IMG/VR virus record: IMGVR_UViG_3300022925_002539
Coordinates: 37,580 to 101,579 of that record
Source of the DNA: a virus
Reading direction: 5' to 3' (one strand)
Length of the DNA: 64,000 nt
Every line of letters begins with the position of its first letter. The first letter of the stretch is position 1. The notes under the pieces are model-generated. The model did no database searches and was not told the DNA's origin. It saw only the letters and a program-made list of their open reading frames with translations. Shown in pieces: positions 9,822 to 19,530 of this stretch. The translations under genes and the position numbers were made by a program.

Positions 9822-10346
9822 ATGCAAGAAAATTACGATAAATGTATAGAAACAATACTACATCATGAAGGTGGATATGTAAATCATCCAAGCGATCCAG
9901 GTGGTGAAACTAACTTAGGTGTTACACTAAAAGTTTATGAAGCATGGTGTGCTGAACAAGATATAGAACAAAAAGATATGCGTGATCTTATTGTTGAAGA
10001 TGTTGCACCAATTTACAAAAAGAACTATTGGGATAGAGTGAAAGGTGATCAATTACCAGCAGGATTAGATTTATGTGTTTTTGATTTTGGTGTTAATGCA
10101 GGTACAGGACGTAGTGCAAAATACTTACAAACAATGATTGGTACAGTTGCAGACGGAGGCATTGGTCCAAACACACTTAAAAAATTAGATGAATATATAG
10201 AAGAAAACGGATTAACAGATACCATAACAAATTTTCAACAAGCAAGACAGGAATACTATGAAAGTCTTAGCACATTTGAAACATTTGGCAGAGGATGGAC
10301 TCGACGAGTAGATGAAACTACAGAACTAGCACTTAACATGATTTAG
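9822..10346 (+). CDS. endolysin, glycoside hydrolase family 108 with peptidoglycan-binding C-terminus
   Basis: HEGGYVNHPSDPGGETNLGVT, FDFGVNAG, FGRGWTRRV. Confidence 0.93.
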   Translation: MQENYDKCIETILHHEGGYVNHPSDPGGETNLGVTLKVYEAWCAEQDIEQKDMRDLIVEDVAPIYKKNYWDRVKGDQLPAGLDLCVFDFGVNAGTGRSAKYLQTMIGTVADGGIGPNTLKKLDEYIEENGLTDTITNFQQARQEYYESLSTFETFGRGWTRRVDETTELALNMI

Positions 10347-10356
10347 GAGAAAAAAG

Positions 10357-10605
10357 TTGGGATTCGCATTCGATACACCAGTAGACCCATACAGTGAAGC
10401 AATGTCAGAAAGTGATATTGATACATGGTGGGCAAGTAAAGATAGAACAATGGCACATGGGTGGGATGACGCACACGGATATATTATGCGTGATGTTAGC
10501 AGTCGTATTCCTAAAGGCCACACTATTAAACACGGCATTAATGATGCAGGTAACAAATATTACTTAACAATAAGTGGTCCTAATATAAACAAAAGTTGGA
10601 CATAA
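10357..10605 (+). CDS. hypothetical protein
   Basis: TTG start after AGGAG SD. Confidence 0.65.
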   Translation: MGFAFDTPVDPYSEAMSESDIDTWWASKDRTMAHGWDDAHGYIMRDVSSRIPKGHTIKHGINDAGNKYYLTISGPNINKSWT

Positions 10606-10606
10606 T

Positions 10607-10780
10607 TTGACAGTAGAAAATTACAAATCAACAAGTTGTGTAGTTTGTGGACATTATAGTCATTGCGGACAACCGCTATGGCTAGAAAATAAAGGCTATC
10701 CACAAGATGGCAATAACTTCTACAAGGCTTGCGAAAGTTGTAGTTGTGAAAAATGTAATAAAGGAGATTCAGATGATTAA
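10607..10780 (+). CDS. 57-aa Cys/His-rich putative metal-binding protein (not in the ORF track)
   Basis: manual translation MTVENYKSTSCVVCGHYSHCGQPLWLENKGYPQDGNNFYKACESCSCEKCNKGDSDD*; fills the intergenic gap. Confidence 0.7.
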   Translation: MTVENYKSTSCVVCGHYSHCGQPLWLENKGYPQDGNNFYKACESCSCEKCNKGDSDD

Positions 10781-10937
10781 GAAATTTATTACAAGTAGAT
10801 TAGAAGAAAGAACAACCTGGGACGGTGCTATGCTAATAGGCTTAGGTCTAATAGTTTTAATTGCAGGTCCGTTTGCAAAACTTGCAGCTTACATCGCAAT
10901 AGGTTATGGTGCTTGGACAATTTACAAGAGTGAATAA
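10773..10937 (+). CDS. small two-TM membrane protein, holin candidate
   Basis: ATG after AAGGAG; 54 aa with two hydrophobic helices; lies between endolysin and spanins. Confidence 0.6.
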   Translation: MIKKFITSRLEERTTWDGAMLIGLGLIVLIAGPFAKLAAYIAIGYGAWTIYKSE

Positions 10938-11437
10938 TGGCTAGACTGTATCTTGTTTTATTACTTTTAGGTGTACTAGGAGGCGTTGGTTACGGCGCCT
11001 ACGGGTACTATACAAGTACACAACAAAGAATACAAACTCTATCTGAAAATAATGCTAAACTAGAAGTAGCAATTGAACAAAGTGAAAAAAGTGTAAATTT
11101 ATTAAAAAGTGAAGCAGCAAAGAATGCAGAGCTTAGTAAAAATTTACAAGTACAATTACAAAAAGCAGAAGCATATGGAGACGATCTAAGAAATAGATTA
11201 AGGAAACTTGATCTACTAGCAGATGCTATTTCAAATGCTAAAAATTTAGAAGGACGTATGAATGGTGCAACAGCTAAACTGTGGCGTGAAATCATGGGCG
11301 AAACTGGCAACAATACTGGCAGTACTAGCGATCTTCCTTTCTGGTTGCAGCGGTCTAAAACCGGAACCGGAAGTGAAGGTAGTGACACAAGTACAAAAAG
11401 TGACAGTACCGATAGTAGCCAGACCAAAGCCGATTAA
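10937..11437 (+). CDS. inner-membrane spanin (Rz-like)
   Basis: N-terminal TM anchor followed by coiled coil; overlaps a lipoprotein gene. Confidence 0.8.
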   Translation: MARLYLVLLLLGVLGGVGYGAYGYYTSTQQRIQTLSENNAKLEVAIEQSEKSVNLLKSEAAKNAELSKNLQVQLQKAEAYGDDLRNRLRKLDLLADAISNAKNLEGRMNGATAKLWREIMGETGNNTGSTSDLPFWLQRSKTGTGSEGSDTSTKSDSTDSSQTKAD

Positions 11438-11687
11438 CCTTACAGATACACAAGTATATGTTGTAAACAAAGGTAATCTGGAAGCGTTTATTGCTGAGTT
11501 CACAGAGCAAAATGGTGAACTAGCCTTTGTTGCACTAAGCATTGACACATACGAAAACCTAGCACTTAATATAAGTGAACTAAGACGTTTCATAAATCAA
11601 CAAAATGAGATTATAGTCTATTATGAAAAAGCAATGACACCGGATGAAACAAACGAAAAAGATAAATCTACAATCAAAACTGACTGA
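11286..11687 (+). CDS. outer-membrane spanin lipoprotein (Rz1-like)
   Basis: signal peptide with lipobox IFLSG-C; Pro-rich mature start; overlaps the i-spanin in the +1 frame; GTG start inferred. Confidence 0.8.
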   Translation: MKSWAKLATILAVLAIFLSGCSGLKPEPEVKVVTQVQKVTVPIVARPKPINLTDTQVYVVNKGNLEAFIAEFTEQNGELAFVALSIDTYENLALNISELRRFINQQNEIIVYYEKAMTPDETNEKDKSTIKTD

Positions 11688-12465
11688 CACAATAAGTGGT
11701 AAAATGTTAATCTATATAGACGATCCTACAATAGGACGTAGTTTAGATTTATACGGCGAGTACTGTCAAGCAGAAATAGAATTACTTAAAAGCCTATCTA
11801 AAAAAAATACATGGTTCGTTGATATAGGTGCAAATATAGGTACACATACAATCCCACTTAGTTACAATGTAGAACGAGTACTAGCATTTGAACCTGACGA
11901 TGCTAATTTTGATTTGTTATCAAAAAATGTAGCAGGCATGTGTGCATTAAGAAAAAATGTTACTGCCACTAAAATGGCAATAGGTGATACTTTAGTAGAA
12001 GTTGATACAGAATTCGATTACGGAAAAACAAAAGTAGTACAAGGCACAGGTATAAAATCTGCACCACTTGATATACTAGGATTACCCAAAGTTGATCTGG
12101 TTAAAATTGATGTAGAAGGTCAAGAATTAAAAGTGTTAGTAGGAATGCGTAATATTTTACATACACATAAACCAGACATGCTAATAGAAATGCAAGACGA
12201 AACAACATATGCTGAAACTTATGACTTTTTAAAAAGTTGCAATTACAGTATGTATTGGTTTCCTGTAAGCACATATAATAAAAACAATCAAAAAAATAAT
12301 ACAGATGATATATTTGGGCCAAAACACGGAGTTATAAACTGGGTTTGTACTGCATATAAGTTAAATACAAAGTTAGAACCAGTAGTCGATAGAGATGATA
12401 CTGTAGAACGAATGGTATATAGGAGTAGAGAGAATGTGGGAAATGATAGAAAGGATGGCAGATGA
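11644..12465 (+). CDS. FkbM-family methyltransferase
   Basis: VDIGANIG, AFEP, KIDVEGQE, IEM motifs. Confidence 0.9.
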   Translation: MKQTKKINLQSKLTDTISGKMLIYIDDPTIGRSLDLYGEYCQAEIELLKSLSKKNTWFVDIGANIGTHTIPLSYNVERVLAFEPDDANFDLLSKNVAGMCALRKNVTATKMAIGDTLVEVDTEFDYGKTKVVQGTGIKSAPLDILGLPKVDLVKIDVEGQELKVLVGMRNILHTHKPDMLIEMQDETTYAETYDFLKSCNYSMYWFPVSTYNKNNQKNNTDDIFGPKHGVINWVCTAYKLNTKLEPVVDRDDTVERMVYRSRENVGNDRKDGR

Positions 12466-12721
12466 CCGTCTATGGATCTATACTGCAATAGTTGGATCAT
12501 TATTTGGAGCTGCATTTTTATTTTGGTTTAAAGACACACGTATGGCTACATGGGGTGTACAAAAGTTTGATGCTACACTAGAATATCTTGCAATACGTTG
12601 GGGCTGGACTTGGCTACAGAATGATCCAAATGCTTGGCGTATAAAATATCCTAAGATAACAAATAAAATTGACGAACTTGAAGCCAGAATTCAAGAATTA
12701 GAGGAGAGAAATAATGGCTGA
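12434..12721 (+). CDS. hypothetical single-TM protein with C-terminal coiled coil
   Basis: hydrophobic N-terminal helix; GGAG-like SD. Confidence 0.65.
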   Translation: MWEMIERMADDRLWIYTAIVGSLFGAAFLFWFKDTRMATWGVQKFDATLEYLAIRWGWTWLQNDPNAWRIKYPKITNKIDELEARIQELEERNNG

Positions 12722-13046
12722 AGAAATTAAACAAGCAGGTTTTCATCCTGCAGATACAAACGGTGACGGAAAAGTAACCGAAGAAGAACAGGCAATGTAC
12801 TTAGAGTTCAAACGCAAAGAACTAGAAGATGCAGATGCTATGCGTGATGCACAACGTAGCATGGCATGGTTTGCACTGTTTGGTATGTTGTTGTATCCTG
12901 CAATAGTACTAATAGCAAATATAATTGGCATGGATCAAGCTGCTAAGATATTAGGTGACATGGCTGCAGTATATTTTGTTTCTGTTGCTGCTATTGTAGC
13001 TGCATTTTTTGGTGCACAAGCAGTAGGCAATACTAAGAAAAAGTAA
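12714..13046 (+). CDS. EF-hand-containing two-TM membrane protein (holin-like)
   Basis: DTNGDGKVTEEE canonical EF-hand loop, two TM helices, basic C-terminal tail; GAGGAG SD. Confidence 0.7.
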   Translation: MAEEIKQAGFHPADTNGDGKVTEEEQAMYLEFKRKELEDADAMRDAQRSMAWFALFGMLLYPAIVLIANIIGMDQAAKILGDMAAVYFVSVAAIVAAFFGAQAVGNTKKK

Positions 13047-13084
13047 AAATTTATCTATAGTCCTAATATGACGTAAATAGACAT

Positions 13085-13894
13085 ATGAACTATTATGATG
13101 TATTAGGACTAAAAACTGATTGCAGTCCGCAAGATATTACAAAAGCATATCGTACACTAGCGAAAGAATTTCATCCTGATACAGGTGGTGATGAACAAAA
13201 GTTTCACGAAATAAGTGAAGCATATGACGTCCTTAAAGATCCACATAAACGTGCAAGATTTGATATGCATAATGCTAGACAACATACACTAAAAACAAAT
13301 GATATTTTCGATGATATGTTTACTGTGTTTGGAAGTGCAGGATTTCATCCTAGTAAGAGAGAATATACAAGAACAAAAACAAATAAAAATTTGGGCATTG
13401 TTATAGATTGCACACTAGAAGAAAGTTTTAGCGAACAAGAAAAAACTGTTAGTATTAAACATACAAATGGTACAAGACATTTAGTAAATTTAAAAATACC
13501 TCGTAGTGTTAATGATGGTACAAAAATAAAATATAAAGGCCTAGGAGATTTAAGATATCCTGATCTTCCACAGGGTGATTTAACTGTTACTGTAAAAATT
13601 ATTCCAGACGATGTGTTCATTAGAGAAGGCGATAATCTCAAAATACACTTGACAATAAACGCATGGAATGCTATAATAGGTACTGTTGTGCAAGTTACAA
13701 CAATTGATAAAAAGTTATTAAATTTAAATATTCCTGCAGGTACACAATTTGGTACAATACTGAAACTACCTAATTATGGAATGTATAATAAAAAAGACAG
13801 TAGAGGTGATTTACTTGTACAAGTACTTGTAAAAATACCAGAAAATTTATCAGAACAACAATTAAATATATGCAAGAAACTAAGAGACGAATAA
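13085..13894 (+). CDS. dnaJ: DnaJ/CbpA-like co-chaperone without zinc finger
   Basis: J-domain with HPD, EAYDVL; DnaJ_C GDL repeats. Confidence 0.92.
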   Translation: MNYYDVLGLKTDCSPQDITKAYRTLAKEFHPDTGGDEQKFHEISEAYDVLKDPHKRARFDMHNARQHTLKTNDIFDDMFTVFGSAGFHPSKREYTRTKTNKNLGIVIDCTLEESFSEQEKTVSIKHTNGTRHLVNLKIPRSVNDGTKIKYKGLGDLRYPDLPQGDLTVTVKIIPDDVFIREGDNLKIHLTINAWNAIIGTVVQVTTIDKKLLNLNIPAGTQFGTILKLPNYGMYNKKDSRGDLLVQVLVKIPENLSEQQLNICKKLRDE

Positions 13895-16168
13895 ATGAAA
13901 ACATCAAAAGAAGTTGATAAAGTTTTAAAAATTGCAACAGATATTGCATCTAAGTATGGTCATTCTTATATAAGCACTGAGCATATGTTGCTGGCTATTC
14001 TTAAAAATAATCAATTTTCAAAGTTACTATTAAAATTTGGTGTACAATTAGAAGAGATGAGTCTTGATTTAGAAAGTCACATTGTAAACCAATATGGCAA
14101 ATATACAAATAGCAATCCTGTAAAAACACAAAGTTTAGAACGTGTTTTCAACAGATCATTAACAAGTGTTCTTTTTAGTGGCAGAGATCAAGTACAAATT
14201 GTTGATATATTCGTAAGTCTAATGCAAGAGAACAGTAGTTACAGTAGTTATTTTTTAATGAAGTATAACATCGAAAGAGATGAATTTTTAGACTTTGTAA
14301 AAAAGAATGATAGAAACAGTGCAATTAGTAGACAACAGCAGCAATATTTAAATGGTATTGTAAATGAATTTTGTGAAGATTTAAACAAGGCTGCTGAAGA
14401 AAATAAACTTGATCCTGTTGTTGGCAGAGACGATGTAATAGATGATATTACACAAACATTTGCAAGACGAAATAAAAGCAATGTACTAATGGTTGGTGAT
14501 CCTGGAGTTGGTAAAACTGCAGTCGCAGAAGGACTTGCAGTAAAAATTGTAAACAAACAAGTTCCAGAATATTTGTATGACCATACTGTTTACAACCTTG
14601 ATGTAGCAAATATGTTGGCAGGTACACAGTACAGAGGACAGTTTGAAGAACGTGTAAAAGAAGTGCTTGAGGCTCTAATACAAAAAACAAAATGTATATT
14701 GTTTATAGACGAAGCACATACACTTAAAGGTGCAGGCTCTGGCGGTAATGGTGGTACAGATTTTGCAAATATGTTAAAGCCATATCTAGGAAGAGGCAAA
14801 CTTAAAGTAATTGCAAGTACTACCTGGGAAGAATATAATCAGAGTTTTGAAAAAGATCGTGCATTAATGAGACGTTTTTATCACATAACTGTTGATGAGC
14901 CTACACCTAAACTTGCAAAAGAAATACTTAAAAATAGTGCAAAGTATTATGAAGAATTTCACGGTTGCACAATTACTGCAGAAGCAATTGAATATGCAGT
15001 AGATTTAAGTGTACGTTATCTCACTGATAAAAGATTACCTGATAAAGCATTTGATATGATTGATAGTGCTAGTGCAAAACAACGTAGACTTGGTGTAAAA
15101 AATGCAATAATTGCTAAACATAATATACTTGAAGAAATTAGTAAGTATGCAAAAATACCTATTGAAAACTTAGATCAAAAAGAAATAACTGTATCTCCTG
15201 ATGCTGTTGAAAATAAAATTAAGAGCAAAGTATTTGGACAGGATACTGCAGTAGACGCAGTACTAGATAAAGTATGGATAGCAAAGGCTGGTCTAAACAA
15301 AAAAGATAAAACACTAGGTGTATTTGTGTTTACAGGTCCTACAGGAACAGGTAAGACAGAACTAGCAAAACAACTAGCAGAATCAAATGGAATGAAACTA
15401 TTACGTTATGATATGAGTGAGTATCAGGAACGACATACAGTTGCTAGATTTGTTGGTGCACCTCCTGGCTATGTTGGTTATGAAGATAGCAATTTAAGTG
15501 GTGGATTATTAATACGTGATATAGAACGTAATCCTAATAGTGTTATTCTGTTTGATGAAATCGAAAAGGCACATCCAGATGTTAGTAATGTATTACTACA
15601 ACTTATGGATGAAGGATTTGTTACAGGAAGTAATGGTAAACGTGCAGACGCAAGGAACTGTTTTATAATTTTAACTACAAATTTGGGTAGTGCAGATGCA
15701 GAAAAAAATACAATTGGATTTGGTGACTTAGAACAAACTGGTATAGAAGCGGAAGCATACAAGAACTTTTTTGCTCCTGAGTTTAGAAATAGAATAGACC
15801 AAGTTTGTACTTTTGGACCATTAAATGATTTGGCAAAACGTAAAGTAGCACTTAAATTTATACAAGAATTAGAAGCACAATTAAACGAAAAAGGATTAAT
15901 ACTAAGTGTAGATGAAGCAAGCATAGACTACATTTTAGAAAGAGGTTATGACAAACGTATGGGTGCAAGGCCTATGGCGAGAGCAGTGGATAACCTTTTA
16001 AGAAAGCCTATTGCTAAACAATTATTGGTTGACAAAAACACAAATGGCTGTAAAATTAAAATTAGAAATGTAAATAATAACTTACTAGTAAAGTTTAGGT
16101 ATACAGATGGATCATCAAAAGAAGTTGGAGGATCTGAGCAATCAGAATCGACTTCCGTTAACAACTAA
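13895..16168 (+). CDS. clpA: ClpA-type AAA+ unfoldase
   Basis: Clp N-domain, two AAA modules (GDPGVGKT, GPTGTGKT), LFDEIEKAHPD, IGF loop, no long ClpB M-domain. Confidence 0.92.
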   Translation: MKTSKEVDKVLKIATDIASKYGHSYISTEHMLLAILKNNQFSKLLLKFGVQLEEMSLDLESHIVNQYGKYTNSNPVKTQSLERVFNRSLTSVLFSGRDQVQIVDIFVSLMQENSSYSSYFLMKYNIERDEFLDFVKKNDRNSAISRQQQQYLNGIVNEFCEDLNKAAEENKLDPVVGRDDVIDDITQTFARRNKSNVLMVGDPGVGKTAVAEGLAVKIVNKQVPEYLYDHTVYNLDVANMLAGTQYRGQFEERVKEVLEALIQKTKCILFIDEAHTLKGAGSGGNGGTDFANMLKPYLGRGKLKVIASTTWEEYNQSFEKDRALMRRFYHITVDEPTPKLAKEILKNSAKYYEEFHGCTITAEAIEYAVDLSVRYLTDKRLPDKAFDMIDSASAKQRRLGVKNAIIAKHNILEEISKYAKIPIENLDQKEITVSPDAVENKIKSKVFGQDTAVDAVLDKVWIAKAGLNKKDKTLGVFVFTGPTGTGKTELAKQLAESNGMKLLRYDMSEYQERHTVARFVGAPPGYVGYEDSNLSGGLLIRDIERNPNSVILFDEIEKAHPDVSNVLLQLMDEGFVTGSNGKRADARNCFIILTTNLGSADAEKNTIGFGDLEQTGIEAEAYKNFFAPEFRNRIDQVCTFGPLNDLAKRKVALKFIQELEAQLNEKGLILSVDEASIDYILERGYDKRMGARPMARAVDNLLRKPIAKQLLVDKNTNGCKIKIRNVNNNLLVKFRYTDGSSKEVGGSEQSESTSVNN

Positions 16169-16793
16169 CGACAGACTATTCTTTTCAAAATATTTGTATA
16201 GATTAACTATAGAGTTATATTCTTACAGATATCCAGACTTGATGTATGTACAAACTGTTGATCACAATGCATTTACAGTTGATACGACTGCAGAAATAAA
16301 TTTTTTAAATGCTATTAGAAAATATGCAGGTAAAAATTCTGAACGAGTAAGATTAGAATATAAACACGTAATGTATTATACTAGCGATATTACGAGACTA
16401 GAAACTGTAATTGATTATGTCAAAAAACTAAAAGAAAAGGAAACTGGAACTGTTGATGAAAGGTTACTAGAACTTATAGACATAAAATATTTTCCAGGCG
16501 GTGAAACAGATTACAACATACGTTTTAGAAAAAGTCGTTTGCCTTATGGTAAATTTAAGTATCAAATACTAGGCGAAAGAATGGAATTTGATGAATTACA
16601 AGAATGGGAAAAATGGGCAATACAGTATCCTAATGATATTAAACTTAAAAAAAGCAAATATGGTAATATGATGTGGGGTACTTGGGCAGGCCAATCATTA
16701 GGATACGTCTCTAATGAAAAAATGTTACAGTTAATAAATTTTAAACTTGGGTCAAAAATTAACAAAATAATTGAATTTCAAATCAGAGGATAA
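16107..16793 (+). CDS. hypothetical protein
   Basis: 228-aa ORF. Confidence 0.65.
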   Translation: MDHQKKLEDLSNQNRLPLTTNDRLFFSKYLYRLTIELYSYRYPDLMYVQTVDHNAFTVDTTAEINFLNAIRKYAGKNSERVRLEYKHVMYYTSDITRLETVIDYVKKLKEKETGTVDERLLELIDIKYFPGGETDYNIRFRKSRLPYGKFKYQILGERMEFDELQEWEKWAIQYPNDIKLKKSKYGNMMWGTWAGQSLGYVSNEKMLQLINFKLGSKINKIIEFQIRG

Positions 16794-16794
16794 T

Positions 16795-17061
16795 ATGAAA
16801 CAAGAACTACTAGATACACTTGTAGAACGAGAATTAGTAAACCATAATACAATAGTTTATGCACAAGTAAAAGCAGAAGGGCTAGGTGGTAAACCTGTGT
16901 TAGTTAAAAAAGATGTATATTATAATAGAGATATTCCTGCAGGTGCTATATATGATATAGAAGGTATGGTACCTGAAAGATTTGCAAAAGCGTATGACAT
17001 TAAACCTGACGGATCTTATAAAGAATATAAAAAACGAGGTCGTAAATCTAAATACATTTGA
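16795..17061 (+). CDS. hypothetical protein with basic KKRGRK tail
   Basis: ATG after GAGGA; AT-hook-like C-terminus. Confidence 0.65.
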   Translation: MKQELLDTLVERELVNHNTIVYAQVKAEGLGGKPVLVKKDVYYNRDIPAGAIYDIEGMVPERFAKAYDIKPDGSYKEYKKRGRKSKYI

Positions 17062-17076
17062 GCATAAATACACTGT
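17061..17076 (+). promoter_or_regulatory. T4-like late promoter, copy 1 of a 16-bp repeat
   Basis: AGCATAAATACACTGT, identical to 19963-19978. Confidence 0.65.
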
Positions 17077-17088
17077 AAGGAGTATATT

Positions 17089-17274
17089 ATGGCAAAACTC
17101 AATGAACAAATGCTAGTAATCAAAGTAAGTGAATTACTAAAAGATAATCAACAAGCAAACGAAATCCTTAGTACAGATATTTTAGTACAGTTAGAAGCTG
17201 TTATTGCTGAACTTGCAGGTCCAGGTAAAGTAGTAGAAATTATACAGGAAGAGAACATTGCCAGCAACAACTAG
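17089..17274 (+). CDS. small hypothetical protein
   Basis: AAGGAG SD after late promoter. Confidence 0.75.
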   Translation: MAKLNEQMLVIKVSELLKDNQQANEILSTDILVQLEAVIAELAGPGKVVEIIQEENIASNN

Positions 17275-17632
17275 TGTAACATTATTACCAACAACTGCAT
17301 TTGGTACTTCAGCAGGAAACTATGACGGGTCAAGTGCCGCTTTTAACGGAGACAAAGTTAAAGGTGATGGTTACTATGGATTTAGTGACGGCGTACATAC
17401 TGTACAGACTCGTGTTACTGCACTTATAGGAACAGTCAAAATACAAGGCACACTAGTAAAAGACCCAGCAAGTACAGACTGGGTTGATATTGCAAGTATT
17501 GTTACTAGTGATGGAAGTACGGCAATTACTAACAGTTACTTTAATAATTTTACAGGAAATTTTGTTTGGATTCGTATTGCAGTAAGTGAATTTACTGCTG
17601 GATCTATTAACAATATTTTTATGGCACACTAA
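17258..17632 (+). CDS. putative virion structural / beta-sandwich protein
   Basis: Gly/Thr/Ser-rich beta composition, GNFVWIR; late context. Confidence 0.55.
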   Translation: MPATTSVTLLPTTAFGTSAGNYDGSSAAFNGDKVKGDGYYGFSDGVHTVQTRVTALIGTVKIQGTLVKDPASTDWVDIASIVTSDGSTAITNSYFNNFTGNFVWIRIAVSEFTAGSINNIFMAH

Positions 17633-17659
17633 AACACAACCAATCAATTAGGCGTATAT

Positions 17660-18865
17660 ATGATACAATGGTTGTTCGATAAAAGGAATCAGTATGGATT
17701 TCTTCCGAACTTAATTAAAGACGAGACACTACAACCAAACACAAAAAAATGGTGGGACCTTGCTATAACTCCACCGTTTAGTTTAGATTTTACTTTTTTA
17801 AAGTATTGTAGTTTGGACAAAATACCTCAGAATTGTTCATTAGTAAGTGATTACATTTCAGGTACACAGAGTGCTTACTATCCAATTAATATAAACTTCT
17901 TTGATGAGAATATTGATTACATCAGTTTAATGGATAATTACAGTAAGAATAGGTTTATAAATGGTGATTTCCGTATCTTATTTTATTATACAGAAGGTGA
18001 CAATCCAGATCCTGAAATAAACAATGGATTAAAAAAACTATATGACAAATACAATGTTAGTGAGAATAACATTAGATTTGTTACAGGTAATTACAAACTA
18101 AACAAAAAAACACCATTTGTGTTCTTTCCAGACATGGAACTTTATTATAGATACCTGCAAATATTAGAAAACAATTATGTAAAAGAGCATGTGGCAGACA
18201 AACGTGATAAAAAATTTACGTGTTTAATACGTGCAGATAAATTATGGCGTAAAATTTATGCCACTTATTTGTATCAACTAAATGTAATTGATAAAGGATA
18301 CTTTAGTTATACAGGGTACAATTACGAGACAAGTAGTAAAGGCCTAAATAATTTTGATGAATGGAAAACGTATGATGACACATTAATGCAAGATGTGTTA
18401 AGTTTTGGTTTGAAAGTGCCTTTTAGATGTGATGACTTAGACGATTATCAACATAATAATCATAAACTTGTTAATAAGGATTTTTTTACAAATGCATATT
18501 GGAATTTTGTAGTAGAAACGTTATTTTCTAACGATACTGTAGTCTTAAGTGAGAAAACATTCAAACCCATACTTAACCTACAACCTTTTGTTATAATAGG
18601 AAACCCTGGAAGTTTAGATTTACTAAAGGTACTAGGGTATAAAACTTTTCATGAAGTGATCAAAGAAGATTATGATAAAATAATAGATCATAAAGATAGA
18701 ATGAGCCAGTTAATTAAAAGTAGTTTTGACTTGATAAATTTAAGTGACAGGCATCATATTAGAATACAAGAAATTATTAAAGACACTCTTTTACACAATC
18801 AAACTAACTTTCTATCACCTAAGACTACTCGTATAAAAAACTTATTACAAGAATTGGAATACTAA
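17660..18865 (+). CDS. hypothetical protein, glycosyltransferase-like C-terminus
   Basis: VVET...SEKTFKPI...PFVIIG...LGYKTF...DYD pattern. Confidence 0.55.
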   Translation: MIQWLFDKRNQYGFLPNLIKDETLQPNTKKWWDLAITPPFSLDFTFLKYCSLDKIPQNCSLVSDYISGTQSAYYPININFFDENIDYISLMDNYSKNRFINGDFRILFYYTEGDNPDPEINNGLKKLYDKYNVSENNIRFVTGNYKLNKKTPFVFFPDMELYYRYLQILENNYVKEHVADKRDKKFTCLIRADKLWRKIYATYLYQLNVIDKGYFSYTGYNYETSSKGLNNFDEWKTYDDTLMQDVLSFGLKVPFRCDDLDDYQHNNHKLVNKDFFTNAYWNFVVETLFSNDTVVLSEKTFKPILNLQPFVIIGNPGSLDLLKVLGYKTFHEVIKEDYDKIIDHKDRMSQLIKSSFDLINLSDRHHIRIQEIIKDTLLHNQTNFLSPKTTRIKNLLQELEY

Positions 18866-19530
18866 TGACTAAGATACATTTTTTAACTCCTTGTTATGGT
18901 GGAAACATAACCGAAGTATGTTTTAGTAGTTACTTGGGTTTTACAATAATGGCTATGCAAAATGGTATAAACTTTCAAGTAGATACACTCAGTAACGAAA
19001 GTAATGTAAACAGAGCTAGAAATAGTTGTGCTGCAAAGTTTTTAAGTGGAGATTGTACACACCTAATGTTTGTAGATGCAGATATACAATTTAATCCACA
19101 AGATATTGTAAAGTTAGTAAGCCATGATAAAGATATAGTAGGTGGTATATATCCACAAAAAACATTACCTCCTAAAATGGTAGTTAACACATTAAACAAC
19201 GGCGAACAACAAGGTAACTTAATCGAAGTTGGTACACTAGGTACAGGTTTTATGATGATAAAACGCACTGTGTTTGAAAAGATGATTGAAGCTGGCGCTA
19301 TTCCTTATGTTGATGCTATAGGATTAAGCCCAGAAGAGAATGCAAATCAATATGATTTCTTCCAATGTACAATAGACAGTCAAGGAAGATACTTAACAGA
19401 AGACTGGAGTTTTTGTAGGCGTTGGAGACAGTTAGGTGGTAAAATATGGGCGGACAAAACTATAGGTTTGACACATGTAGGTTATTTTAGATTTCCACCA
19501 GACATGGAGCAATTAAATGGAACAAATTAA
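18865..19530 (+). CDS. GT-A fold glycosyltransferase
   Basis: TPCYGG, RARN, HLMFVDAD (DxD), GTGFMMIKR, EDWSFC. Confidence 0.85.
   Translation: MTKIHFLTPCYGGNITEVCFSSYLGFTIMAMQNGINFQVDTLSNESNVNRARNSCAAKFLSGDCTHLMFVDADIQFNPQDIVKLVSHDKDIVGGIYPQKTLPPKMVVNTLNNGEQQGNLIEVGTLGTGFMMIKRTVFEKMIEAGAIPYVDAIGLSPEENANQYDFFQCTIDSQGRYLTEDWSFCRRWRQLGGKIWADKTIGLTHVGYFRFPPDMEQLNGTN

Noticed and set aside
10707-10772. N-terminal extension of the holin candidate
   Set aside because: A strong AAGGAG precedes ATG 10773, and the upstream DNA is better explained by the Cys-rich ORF.
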